Shown one piece after another: positions 25,768-35,871 of a DNA stretch of 64,000 nucleotides. This stretch comes from a virus. Its lineage: Duplodnaviria; Caudoviricetes. The notes under the pieces are model-generated. The model worked only from the letters and a program-made list of their open reading frames with translations, had not been told where the DNA came from and made no database searches. The stretch covers positions 1 through 64,000 of IMG/VR virus record IMGVR_UViG_3300000942_000002; one strand, written 5' to 3'. Position 1 is the stretch's first letter. Each line of letters starts with the position of its first letter. The position numbers were made by a program, and so were the translations under genes.

Positions 25768-28700
25768 TGAAAAAGAATGTAACTCAAACTAAAAAAGGAT
25801 TACACACTGATAATTCTCACATAGATATACCTAAAGGTACTTACCAATATGCCCTTAACGCTGTAAATGAAACAGAGGTAGGGGATTTATTTTTTGTTTC
25901 CAATGAAGAAAGTAATGAGCCTTGTGGCCCATTGCCAGATGGTTATGTACCATTAGGAAAAGTGTACATTGGGAATAATCAGACTTTAATATTTTCTGTA
26001 AAAGATGATGAAACTTCTTCAGAAATTGGTATTAGAGATGAAGAATGTAATTATACTACACAAGTTAATGGGGATCTTGGATTTAAACTAAATCATCAGA
26101 TTAGAGCTACGTATAGATTAAGAAGAGGTTGTGAAACTACTGTATATTGGGTAGATGGGATAAACAACAAACCTATGTATTATGTTGTTGAGAAACCAGA
26201 ACAGTTTCAAGATGCAGGAGGTAATTGGGACAAAAATAAGTTTGAGTTACAAAGAAGTTACAGTAGAGTACCTATTTTTCAAGATATAGAACTCCAAAAT
26301 TCAGGTGGTCAACTAGAACCTGGATCTTATAACATAGGTATACAATATTTAGATGAAAATTTGAATCCAACAGAATGGATTGTGACATCAGAGATTGTTA
26401 ATGTATATAATGATGATACTTCTGAAGCATTCTTAGACATTCGAGGAAGTATTAATATTGAAACTGGAGCTGATAACGAAGATTACAGAAATTTTTCTAC
26501 TACAGATAAATCTTTGAGAGTAGAGCTTTCTAATTTAGATGAAACTTTTTTATTCTATAGATTAGCTTTTATAGAAGCTACCTCTGGTAATGGTTTAGTT
26601 AATAATATTTATTATACAGAAAATTTACCTATAGAGAATAATATCTTCATTTATACAGGGGTTAATTTTGCAACAGAAGGTACAGAAGAAGAAATTAAAG
26701 CTTTTAACAATATAATAGAGTCAGCCAGTTCTATTGAGCAAGCTGATAATATGCTATTATTAGGAGATGTTCAAGGCAAGCAAATTAATTTTTGTAAACT
26801 GCAACAGTATGCATCTAGGATAAAAGCAGATATGACTACAAGGAAAGTTTTGAATAATCAGCTTATTGATAAAGCAAACACTAAAAGTCCTACAGCTCGC
26901 TTTGAAGGAATAGGATATATGCCTGGGGAAATCTATTCTTTTGGTATAGTCTATGTGTTTGCAGATGGAACTCAAAGCCCGGTATATCACATTCCAGGTA
27001 AAAGTCATAATATAATTGATACTGGAGGTAATGATGTCTCTGAAGACTTTGTTTTCAAACCGGGTACTGGTGGACAAAAAGTTTATCCAATGTCGATTGA
27101 TAATGAAAGTGTTAACAGTAGATATAATGATAATAGTACTTGTGAAAATGAAGATTATTGGGGAGTAGATTCTATGGGGGATTCTCTAAGATTTCAAAAA
27201 GTTAGACATCATAGATTTCCTTTAAGAAGTAAAATAAATCTAGATTTAGTAACTCTTGAAAACACTGTTGGAGGTACAAGTGAGTATTTTCAAATTAGAT
27301 TAAATATACAAGGTAATCTACTTACTCCTTGTACACAAGCTGATATAGATGATGGGGACTGTGGGGCTATAGTAGAAACACCTCCATATCAGGTTAGAGT
27401 TACTTATGAAGTTGACGGAGTACAAGATACTATGACTGTTAATGTTAATCCTAGTGATTATGCTAGTGCTCATCCTTCAGTAGCTGTAGATTTTGTAGAA
27501 CTTTCAAATTTTATTGTTTCTCCAAATATCACAATTCTTTCTATTGAAGAAGCTCAAAATGATAATTCTATATTTAATGTGGGAGTTGATAGTGGGAATG
27601 GGTCTGGCCAGCATGGTGCATTAACTTATACCGCTACTATTCAACCAGCAGAATTTACTGCTGAAACTAGAATATATTCTTCTGAAATATATGGAATACA
27701 GTTTTCTGGAATAGAGTTGCCACCTTTAAGTGAAACAGGGGGAGAACAGATAGTTGGTTATTACATAGTAAGAAATGAAAGGACTGAAACAGAAAAAACT
27801 ATATTAGATAGTGCTGTATTGGTGCCTTCAGTCACTAATGATAAATATGTATCTCATGGTTTACTATACCCCGAATTTGCTCAAGGGAGGAGAATATCTG
27901 ATAGAGTTTATGGTATGATACATCCTGAGTTCAAGTTTAATAATAAGAAATACCCTGAGTTTACAGAAATGATTCAGGAAGGGCAATTTGACGTTATAGA
28001 CAGAAAAAAGAGTAAAAGTAGATATAGAGATGTACAGGATGGTACTAGTTATGATCCTTCAGTACATAAAAGTGGAGGAGGTACTGATAGAGATGGATGG
28101 TCTCTTAAAGCTATCACAAGGGATAATATTACAGAATACTCTAGAGTTACAAATGGTTTTAATTTTATCCAAGATGATATTGAAGATACTTTCTATTTAG
28201 ATGCATTGCAAAGTAGAAATGTAGAGGAAGATACATTAACTATATACAATATTGCTGGAGACAACAAAACTGGAATTATACACCTTAAAGAAGATAATGA
28301 TGTAGCTATAGATAACAAGCTGCCTTATGTATACTTAAAAAGACCTATAGCAGATTCTTATTCTACTTTTAGATCTTTGCCTTACTATAAAACTAGTATA
28401 AACATGCATAACTTCTTTTTGGAGAATGGTAATCCGGACCCAAATAGTGATACTGCTGTTGAATTCAATGGGGATACTTATATAACTCCTATGAGGTACT
28501 TAAATACTATGTGGTGGGACAATAGAATAGCTCAAAGAGCAGGAAGAACATCAGTATGGAACTATATTATTGGAGGTATCTTACTTATTGTAGGAGCTGT
28601 GCTTTTAATATTTGGAGGATCTGGAGCTTTAGTTATTGGAGCAGGAATTGCCATTATTGGTGGAGGAGCTTTATTTATCTCTTCTGGTGTAAAAAGAGAT

Positions 28701-31580
28701 GCTTTAGTTAGAGCTTACTATGATGAATATGACAAAGGACTTAGGGAAACAACTCTGGATTCATGGGTAAGTTATGAATATCAAGGCTTACCCTGTACAG
28801 GATATGGTAGGACAAATTGTGATACACCTGAAGACGATGAAATAGAATGGATAGCAGATTGTGTTACTGACATGTGGTTTGAGTCTCAAGTTAATATTTC
28901 TTTACGTTATGGAATGACTACAGGAGTTCCTACATTCTTAGATGCTCCAGGCCGAGTAGAGACTGGTAATGATTTTATTGAAGGAGCCTATGAACATTTT
29001 GATATTTATAAACAACGTGATGTATCTATTTATCCTTTTACAAAATTAGATCGTCATGTAATGGAGAAACTTTTAGCTTTTAACCCAGAAAGAGAAGATA
29101 GCCGTGAATATATAGGTCATCCTCTAGGTGAATGGTATGAAGTGAATCCAGATTATAGCAGAATAAATAGTCAAAAAACTTTCTTTCATTTACCTATTGA
29201 GTATGATTGCTGTTCAAATTGTCAAGAAGATTTCCCTCATAGGGTTCATTATTCAGAGCAATCTTTCCAAGAAGAGCTTACAGATAACTTCAGAGTTTTT
29301 CTTCCTAACAATTACACAGATATTGAAGGAGAAACTGGAAGAATTACAGATATTTTTAGAATAAAAAATAATATCTATATTCACACTGAAGAAGGTCTTT
29401 GGCATCAGCCACAAAACTACCAAGAAAGGGTAACAGGAGATATTGTTTCTTTTATTGGAACTGGAGGATATTTTACTGTACCTCCAAGAAAAATACTAGA
29501 TGACAACAAGGCTTCTGGAGGAACTAAACATAGAGAGGCTACCATAAAAACTAAGCATGGGGTTTTCTATGTATCTGAAAATGAAAATAAAATATATCGT
29601 TTTGATGGTAATCAATTAGAAGCTATTAGTGATATTGGTATGACTAATTGGTTTAAAGAAAACACTAGATTACAATTGTTAGAAGATTACTATAATGCAA
29701 ATGGAGGACATTACCCTTACGATAATAATCCTTCTAATCCTTATGGAGTTGGATTTATATCTACTTACGATACTAAGAAAGAAAGATTAATATTTACTAA
29801 GAAAGATTCCATATTAGCAAGTGATATAACAGATAGCAATGATTTTGAAATATGCAGCCAAAATGGCGACCTAATTATTTTTGAAGGTTTTCAACAAACT
29901 ATCGATACTTATGCTGCTAGTGGTTGGAGATATGTGGGAATTGAGGAATGTAGGATGAAGTTTGAAAAAACTGGTTTCAACACAGAAGTCCAGATTGGAG
30001 AAGTTACTACAACTATTGTGATTCCTCCAGACACTATTGTAATTCCTTTCTTTGATACCACTTCTATGACAGGTAGTACAATTGACAATATTTCTGCGAC
30101 AATTGACGCTTGGTTCCCAGGTTTTAAAGCTTCAGTTAATGGTGGAGTAAATAATTTGACTCTTTTAAATCCTGGCACTTGGAATAGATGGGGAACAGAA
30201 AACTGGGTGCAAGATGTCCCTCAGTTAGCTTTAAATGCTGTTGGTCCAGGGAAAGATGTTTTGCTTTTAACTTTTGTGGATGAAGTAAACAATGGTTTTC
30301 ATGGAGGAAGTATCACATCTCCTATGAGTAGCCCTTCTCCAACTTATATGGCAAGTGTAAATAATTTTATTTCAAACATTCATCCTCAGTACGGTAATTT
30401 TATTGCAATAAATTACCCTATAGTTAGAGTTTCAAATGAATGTAAAGAATATTTACAACATGCCATAGCTGCTATTGAAGGGGAAAACATGACTGTTGCT
30501 CAAGTTGATGCTTTATCTCAAAATGGTAATTTTTCAAATGCGGAGTGGGATATAGTTAAAGCAAACTTACAATCAAATCCTTATTCTGCTTTACCAGCAC
30601 TTAAAGACTATGGTTGGTTATACAAAGAAAATAGAGTGGATGGTGTTGATAATAATGGCACTGTTGAATGCCCTGTAGATGGTGTGTCTGTATTAACTCC
30701 CTGCCAATTTACAAAAGATATAGAGGAGGTTTTAGTTACTCAAACTACTACAACTGTTACTCCTACTCCTGTAGAAGTTAGAGTACCATATATTCAGAAT
30801 ACCTATGTAGATGGGGAAGTAGTAGAGAATTTTGCTGACGGAGATAATTCATGGACAATGAGTTATTCTTTAAAAGCAAAGAGTTGGACTTCATGGCATT
30901 CATATTTACCAAATTTCTTTTACAATATTGCTGAGAAATTCTATTCTTGGGCATTTGGTAAAAAAGATGGTAATACAAATACTTTTTGGAGACATAATAG
31001 AAAAGGATATTATCAAAATTTCTATGGAGAGAGACATCCTTTTTCTGTGGAATATACAGCGATGTCAGAACCTCTAAAAACAAAAATATGGGATGACATA
31101 ACCTTACACACTGAGGCAAAGAGGTATAATCCAGAAATGAAGCAATACGTTGATGTGAGAGATGTAACTTTTAATAAAGGAATCTTTTATAATACTCGTC
31201 AATGTTCTGGTCTATTAAACTTAAAACCTAAGAATACTGATACACCTGATGAAGACTATATGATGCAACAAATTGTAAATGTAGATCCAGGAACAATTAT
31301 AATTGATAGAAACGAAAGAGATTGGTCTATTAATGATATTAGAGATATAAGAGTTGATTATGATCAACCTATATTTAATGCTGATATTCTTGCAAGACAA
31401 TCTGAATATTATACAGATAAAATCTTAAATGATTCATCTTTAGATGAAAATAAAGACTGGGATCAGTTGGAGAGTTTAAGGGATAAATATTTGGTAGTTA
31501 GGTTAATATTTGATACTTTTGACGATGTTAAGTTGATAATGAACTATTCTATTGAAAATGAAACAGATTCCTTTAGATAA
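25767..31580 (+). CDS. Muzzle / tail stabilisation protein with inserted domains (1937 aa)
   Basis: GLHTDNS..DIPKGTYQYALN beta-propeller-type start, KHGVFYV, WTSWHSYLP C-terminus; synteny. Confidence 0.8.
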   Translation: MKKNVTQTKKGLHTDNSHIDIPKGTYQYALNAVNETEVGDLFFVSNEESNEPCGPLPDGYVPLGKVYIGNNQTLIFSVKDDETSSEIGIRDEECNYTTQVNGDLGFKLNHQIRATYRLRRGCETTVYWVDGINNKPMYYVVEKPEQFQDAGGNWDKNKFELQRSYSRVPIFQDIELQNSGGQLEPGSYNIGIQYLDENLNPTEWIVTSEIVNVYNDDTSEAFLDIRGSINIETGADNEDYRNFSTTDKSLRVELSNLDETFLFYRLAFIEATSGNGLVNNIYYTENLPIENNIFIYTGVNFATEGTEEEIKAFNNIIESASSIEQADNMLLLGDVQGKQINFCKLQQYASRIKADMTTRKVLNNQLIDKANTKSPTARFEGIGYMPGEIYSFGIVYVFADGTQSPVYHIPGKSHNIIDTGGNDVSEDFVFKPGTGGQKVYPMSIDNESVNSRYNDNSTCENEDYWGVDSMGDSLRFQKVRHHRFPLRSKINLDLVTLENTVGGTSEYFQIRLNIQGNLLTPCTQADIDDGDCGAIVETPPYQVRVTYEVDGVQDTMTVNVNPSDYASAHPSVAVDFVELSNFIVSPNITILSIEEAQNDNSIFNVGVDSGNGSGQHGALTYTATIQPAEFTAETRIYSSEIYGIQFSGIELPPLSETGGEQIVGYYIVRNERTETEKTILDSAVLVPSVTNDKYVSHGLLYPEFAQGRRISDRVYGMIHPEFKFNNKKYPEFTEMIQEGQFDVIDRKKSKSRYRDVQDGTSYDPSVHKSGGGTDRDGWSLKAITRDNITEYSRVTNGFNFIQDDIEDTFYLDALQSRNVEEDTLTIYNIAGDNKTGIIHLKEDNDVAIDNKLPYVYLKRPIADSYSTFRSLPYYKTSINMHNFFLENGNPDPNSDTAVEFNGDTYITPMRYLNTMWWDNRIAQRAGRTSVWNYIIGGILLIVGAVLLIFGGSGALVIGAGIAIIGGGALFISSGVKRDALVRAYYDEYDKGLRETTLDSWVSYEYQGLPCTGYGRTNCDTPEDDEIEWIADCVTDMWFESQVNISLRYGMTTGVPTFLDAPGRVETGNDFIEGAYEHFDIYKQRDVSIYPFTKLDRHVMEKLLAFNPEREDSREYIGHPLGEWYEVNPDYSRINSQKTFFHLPIEYDCCSNCQEDFPHRVHYSEQSFQEELTDNFRVFLPNNYTDIEGETGRITDIFRIKNNIYIHTEEGLWHQPQNYQERVTGDIVSFIGTGGYFTVPPRKILDDNKASGGTKHREATIKTKHGVFYVSENENKIYRFDGNQLEAISDIGMTNWFKENTRLQLLEDYYNANGGHYPYDNNPSNPYGVGFISTYDTKKERLIFTKKDSILASDITDSNDFEICSQNGDLIIFEGFQQTIDTYAASGWRYVGIEECRMKFEKTGFNTEVQIGEVTTTIVIPPDTIVIPFFDTTSMTGSTIDNISATIDAWFPGFKASVNGGVNNLTLLNPGTWNRWGTENWVQDVPQLALNAVGPGKDVLLLTFVDEVNNGFHGGSITSPMSSPSPTYMASVNNFISNIHPQYGNFIAINYPIVRVSNECKEYLQHAIAAIEGENMTVAQVDALSQNGNFSNAEWDIVKANLQSNPYSALPALKDYGWLYKENRVDGVDNNGTVECPVDGVSVLTPCQFTKDIEEVLVTQTTTTVTPTPVEVRVPYIQNTYVDGEVVENFADGDNSWTMSYSLKAKSWTSWHSYLPNFFYNIAEKFYSWAFGKKDGNTNTFWRHNRKGYYQNFYGERHPFSVEYTAMSEPLKTKIWDDITLHTEAKRYNPEMKQYVDVRDVTFNKGIFYNTRQCSGLLNLKPKNTDTPDEDYMMQQIVNVDPGTIIIDRNERDWSINDIRDIRVDYDQPIFNADILARQSEYYTDKILNDSSLDENKDWDQLESLRDKYLVVRLIFDTFDDVKLIMNYSIENETDSFR

Positions 31581-31608
31581 ACATTAAACTTAACTAATTA
31601 ATAAAATT

Positions 31609-34011
31609 ATGAAAAGAAAGAAAAAGAAAAAATATTCTTTAGGAACTGGTAAAAATGGTGTTGTAAGACATTATATCGAGTCTCCAAATGAAACCTTAGT
31701 AGAGAATGATATTGCTATGGCAAGAGCCAGAGAGAAAGCAAACAATAATGCTTGGGGCCAAGGTTTAGATCTTTTCGGTAATATGGCTATGCAGTATGGT
31801 CTCAGCATGGCAGGAGGAAGTGGAGGTGCTGCTAAAGGAATAGGCCAAGGTTTTGGTAATATTTTTGGTGGTGCACAGCAAATGGGTAATGGAGGAAAAG
31901 TGAAAAAGAATCCTGGGGCAGATAAAAAGTCTATAAAAGTTCTTCAACGTAGGTTAAAAGAAGAAGGTTTATACACAGGCAAAATTGATGGCCTTTTTGG
32001 TAAGAATACTCAAGCAGCCTATGAAGCTTTTGAAGCTAAGGCTGCTGAAGGAGGACAAGAATCTGGATTTATACCTTTAAATATTAAGAGTCTTTTTAAT
32101 GATGTAGCTGGCAGTAAAAGTGATATTACTCGTAAATCTTTATCTGAGGATGAATTAGCAGCTCTACAAGATATTGTGAGGACAAATCTTTCTCAAGGTA
32201 GAAATACGATTTCTTATGATGATTTTAAAACAGATGAACTTCCTTCAGCTAAAGGAGAAAAACCTAAAACAGAAGGCAAATTAAGTGTTTACGATAAGTT
32301 AACTGATCCTTATTACAAATTAAAAACTACTGTAGGTAGAGCAAATATTGTTACTACTCCTACAGACACCTTAGTTATTGATACTTATGATTTCAATGAT
32401 GCAAAAAAAGAAAAAGGATCTTTTGATAATTATATAAAAAATTTGAAAGAAAATCCATCTTTATATAATGCAGCCAGAGGTCTTGGGACAAATTTTGGTA
32501 GTGCAGATGGAGAAGGAGCTTCAGTAATCATAAATACAAATGCAAATAAAAAAGCTGTAACAAAACAAGCTTCTTCAGAGGAAGAGGAAGAAGGATTTTT
32601 TATGTCCTTGTTTAACAGTGTATTTGGAGATGAAGAAAAAGCTTATGGAGGAAAAGTACAGGGAGCTAGAGTAGAGGTTGAAGGAGGAGAAGTAGGAGAA
32701 GCTCCTAATGGGCAAATGATTGACTTTAAAGGACCCTCACATGAGAATGGAGGGATAGGAGTTGAATTACCTGAAGGTACAGAAATATTCTCTAAAAGAA
32801 TTAAAGTTGGAGGAAAAACTATGGCAGAAAGAAAGAAAGCACGTAGAAAGAAAATAGTCAGTTTAGAAAAACTTTTAGAAAAGAATGGAGATGATATTGT
32901 ATTAAAAAATACAGTTAAAAGAACAAAAAGGTCTAACGAAATAGAGGAACAAAAAGATCAAGAGCTACAAGAAATGGTAGGAGCAATGCAAGAAGTAGCT
33001 TCTTTTGCTTATGGTACAGGTAAAAATGGAGTGAGAAAAATGGAGTATGCAAATGGTGGTACTATCTTTGGAAATCTTTTTAGTAAAATATTTGGAGGAA
33101 AACAGACAGGCCCAGTTTATAATGAAGATGGTTTCTTGGATCCTTCTAGTGTAAACTTTAAAAGTGACAATGCTAGTAATGATCTAGGTATTTCGGACTC
33201 TACTTTAACTCCAGGGGTAAATGACTTCAGTTATGGAGATGAAACTATATTAGGTGAAAATGTCCTGCCTGGAGAAAAATCTTCTATGAACTTCCCGAAT
33301 TTCACAGGAGGAGACTTAGTAGGTATGGCTGGAACTATATATTCTGCTTTTGAGCCTATGAAAAATACTCAAGCAAACAGAGCAGGAGACACTCCTAACA
33401 TAAATATGTTCAAGGATTTTGGTAATGATGCTTTAGACAGAATAGAAGAAGCTAAAGGATATGTTGGCCAACAAAGAGACAAAGCTTTAAAGGACTTAGA
33501 AACCAGTAGAACTAGAACTACAAGAGCTAACAGAAATACTGCTAGAGGGGTGAATACCTTAAGAGCATTAGATCTAGCTACTGATGTAAATGCCAATGAA
33601 GCTCAAGCTGACATCTATGATAACTTCTCTAAGAACATGATGGATTTATTGTCTAAACAAGCTGGCTTTGAAAACCAACAAGACCAAGCTGTGATGTCTG
33701 GAGAGCAAGCTAGAGATTTAGCTGACAGACAAGACCGTGATAATTATTACACTCAAATAGCTGAAGATATTGCAACTAAAGGCCAAGGTATACAACAAAT
33801 AGGAAAAATGTTGAATCAAAATAAATACAACACAGCAGCAGAGCAAGCTGTTAATGATTCTTCAGTAAACTTTCAATATGATAATGGAGTATTAACTGAC
33901 AAAGCTGGAAATCCTGTAATGTCCCAAGTGGAATTAGAGCAAGCAGCTAAGTCAATGGGAATTACTGTTGATCAGTATATTAGTTTATTAAACCAACAAA
34001 ATAATGGGTAG
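31609..34011 (+). CDS. Internal cargo (ejection) protein 1 with peptidoglycan-binding domain
   Basis: EVEGGE...GPSHENGG motif; LQRRLKEEGLYTGKIDGLFGKNTQAA (PG_binding_1-like). Confidence 0.7.
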   Translation: MKRKKKKKYSLGTGKNGVVRHYIESPNETLVENDIAMARAREKANNNAWGQGLDLFGNMAMQYGLSMAGGSGGAAKGIGQGFGNIFGGAQQMGNGGKVKKNPGADKKSIKVLQRRLKEEGLYTGKIDGLFGKNTQAAYEAFEAKAAEGGQESGFIPLNIKSLFNDVAGSKSDITRKSLSEDELAALQDIVRTNLSQGRNTISYDDFKTDELPSAKGEKPKTEGKLSVYDKLTDPYYKLKTTVGRANIVTTPTDTLVIDTYDFNDAKKEKGSFDNYIKNLKENPSLYNAARGLGTNFGSADGEGASVIINTNANKKAVTKQASSEEEEEGFFMSLFNSVFGDEEKAYGGKVQGARVEVEGGEVGEAPNGQMIDFKGPSHENGGIGVELPEGTEIFSKRIKVGGKTMAERKKARRKKIVSLEKLLEKNGDDIVLKNTVKRTKRSNEIEEQKDQELQEMVGAMQEVASFAYGTGKNGVRKMEYANGGTIFGNLFSKIFGGKQTGPVYNEDGFLDPSSVNFKSDNASNDLGISDSTLTPGVNDFSYGDETILGENVLPGEKSSMNFPNFTGGDLVGMAGTIYSAFEPMKNTQANRAGDTPNINMFKDFGNDALDRIEEAKGYVGQQRDKALKDLETSRTRTTRANRNTARGVNTLRALDLATDVNANEAQADIYDNFSKNMMDLLSKQAGFENQQDQAVMSGEQARDLADRQDRDNYYTQIAEDIATKGQGIQQIGKMLNQNKYNTAAEQAVNDSSVNFQYDNGVLTDKAGNPVMSQVELEQAAKSMGITVDQYISLLNQQNNG
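31889..32657 (+). repeat. 13-bp direct repeat atggaggaaaagt flanking an in-frame 252-codon module
   Basis: Copies at 31889-31901 and 32645-32657, 756 bp apart. Confidence 0.7.
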
Positions 34012-35866
34012 ATTTTATAAAACAGCTAAACCTACTTTTGTAGATGATATTATATATCAAGCACCTCATGAATTAATGCTTAACGCTTTAAAAACTCAGG
34101 ATGCAGCTTTTGATAAACAACAAAAAGAATTAGATGCATTCGATACTATGGGGGATCTTCTAGATTTTGTTGATAAAGACAGAGGAGCCAGAAATGAACG
34201 TCTTGATTATCACAGAGGAAGAGCCAGTGAAATAGCTGAAAAGATATCTAAAAACCCAGCCCTCTATAAGAATTATTTAGGTGAGATTAATCGAGCTAAA
34301 AAAGAGTTTCAGCAGGATATTAAATCTGGAGATCTTTTTGAAATGGACAGAACTGCAAAAAGAAGAACTAAACTTATTGATCAAATTAATAAAAATAAGA
34401 ATATTAGTGAAGAAGCAAGAAATCAAGCTTTACTAACTATTGATAGAAATTATAAAGGGGTTGGCCAAGGAGATTTTGCAGAGAATATCCATATATATGA
34501 TCAAATAGATGAAACTCAGTTTCAAAAAGATTTGAAAGCCATTATCAATGTAGATACAGAAGGAACTAGTACAACAGTACCTAAAAGTGGTTATCTGATA
34601 ACTGATGGAGAAACAAAGACATATTTAACTGATGAAAGGCTTTCTCAGATTGTTGAGAATGATCCTACTATGGATAAATGGAAAAGAGAACAACTACAAA
34701 CTCTAACAAGAAGATTAGAGAATGGGGAGTTTGATTCAGAAGGAGATATGCAAAACGAATACAGAAGAAGGTTAGAAAATTTCAAGCAGAATACTATTGA
34801 TAAGTTAGGGTATAAAAAAGTTAGTAATGTACATGATCTAAAAACAGATAGTGCATACTGGCAGAAGAAAAGACTTGGATTAGACTGGGCTAAATTTAAT
34901 CATCAGAAACAAAAAGATGAAGCTGGACTTAATTCTTATCAAGTAGAAATGGCAGGAAACTATGAAAACCTTGATGACAATAAAATCAACCAATTGTATG
35001 GTATGGGTGAACCTACTAGAGCTGAGGGGCCTGCCAATCCTGCTACAGGACAATTCCCAAGTGTCCCTCTATCTACTGCTGAGAAAAGACAAAGATTAGA
35101 GGCTGAAAAGAAAACACTTAATGATAAACTTACTAAACTAGGGATGACTCCAGAGGATTTCAGAAGTAAGATGATGACTCATGAAGGAAGAATACAATTA
35201 GCAGAAACTTTAGGTATGTCTAAAGAGAAGTTGGCTAGACAAGCCAATTACAATAAGAACTATGCTTTCCATAGTGTTAAGTCTCCTGTAGAAGAAGGAC
35301 AAAATGTAATTGAGAATGCTAAATATTTGAAAACTGTTACGAACACTTTTAATAATCTTCCTCCAAATGAAAAAGTTAAAGTAAAAATAATTGACTCAAA
35401 AGGTAACGTAGAAACAGAAAATACCTTATCTTTGGGCGAAGCTTTTGAAAAAGGTTATGTTCAAGGACAAACTTCAGCTCAAAATGAAAGAGATTTAGTT
35501 TGGGATGGTAACCTTCAAGGATATGCTGCTGGGAATGGTGGAATCGTAATGATGCCTAACCCTAATCATGATCCTGATGATGAAGATTCAGATGAAGAAA
35601 TTCCAGCTACTAAAGAATACGCTTTATCTAGTGGAAGAGCAAAATCAAAAATGGTAAAAGTTCAAAAATTCGATGCTACAAAACCGTTACTACATATTCA
35701 ATCAGATCAAGTGTCTCAGTCCAAAGAAAGAAATTTTGGAAATGGGAGAACCAAAGCTACAGAAAAAGACATGCACAACATTCACACATCTAAAATAATA
35801 GATGGTGAGTTAAAGACTATCGTAATCAGTAAGGAACTAAAAATAGATCCTTTAAAAACACAATAA
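34004..35866 (+). CDS. Internal cargo protein 2
   Basis: Helical, charged; position between cargo 1 and the virion RNAP. Confidence 0.6.
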   Translation: MGRFYKTAKPTFVDDIIYQAPHELMLNALKTQDAAFDKQQKELDAFDTMGDLLDFVDKDRGARNERLDYHRGRASEIAEKISKNPALYKNYLGEINRAKKEFQQDIKSGDLFEMDRTAKRRTKLIDQINKNKNISEEARNQALLTIDRNYKGVGQGDFAENIHIYDQIDETQFQKDLKAIINVDTEGTSTTVPKSGYLITDGETKTYLTDERLSQIVENDPTMDKWKREQLQTLTRRLENGEFDSEGDMQNEYRRRLENFKQNTIDKLGYKKVSNVHDLKTDSAYWQKKRLGLDWAKFNHQKQKDEAGLNSYQVEMAGNYENLDDNKINQLYGMGEPTRAEGPANPATGQFPSVPLSTAEKRQRLEAEKKTLNDKLTKLGMTPEDFRSKMMTHEGRIQLAETLGMSKEKLARQANYNKNYAFHSVKSPVEEGQNVIENAKYLKTVTNTFNNLPPNEKVKVKIIDSKGNVETENTLSLGEAFEKGYVQGQTSAQNERDLVWDGNLQGYAAGNGGIVMMPNPNHDPDDEDSDEEIPATKEYALSSGRAKSKMVKVQKFDATKPLLHIQSDQVSQSKERNFGNGRTKATEKDMHNIHTSKIIDGELKTIVISKELKIDPLKTQ

Positions 35867-35871
35867 TAAAT

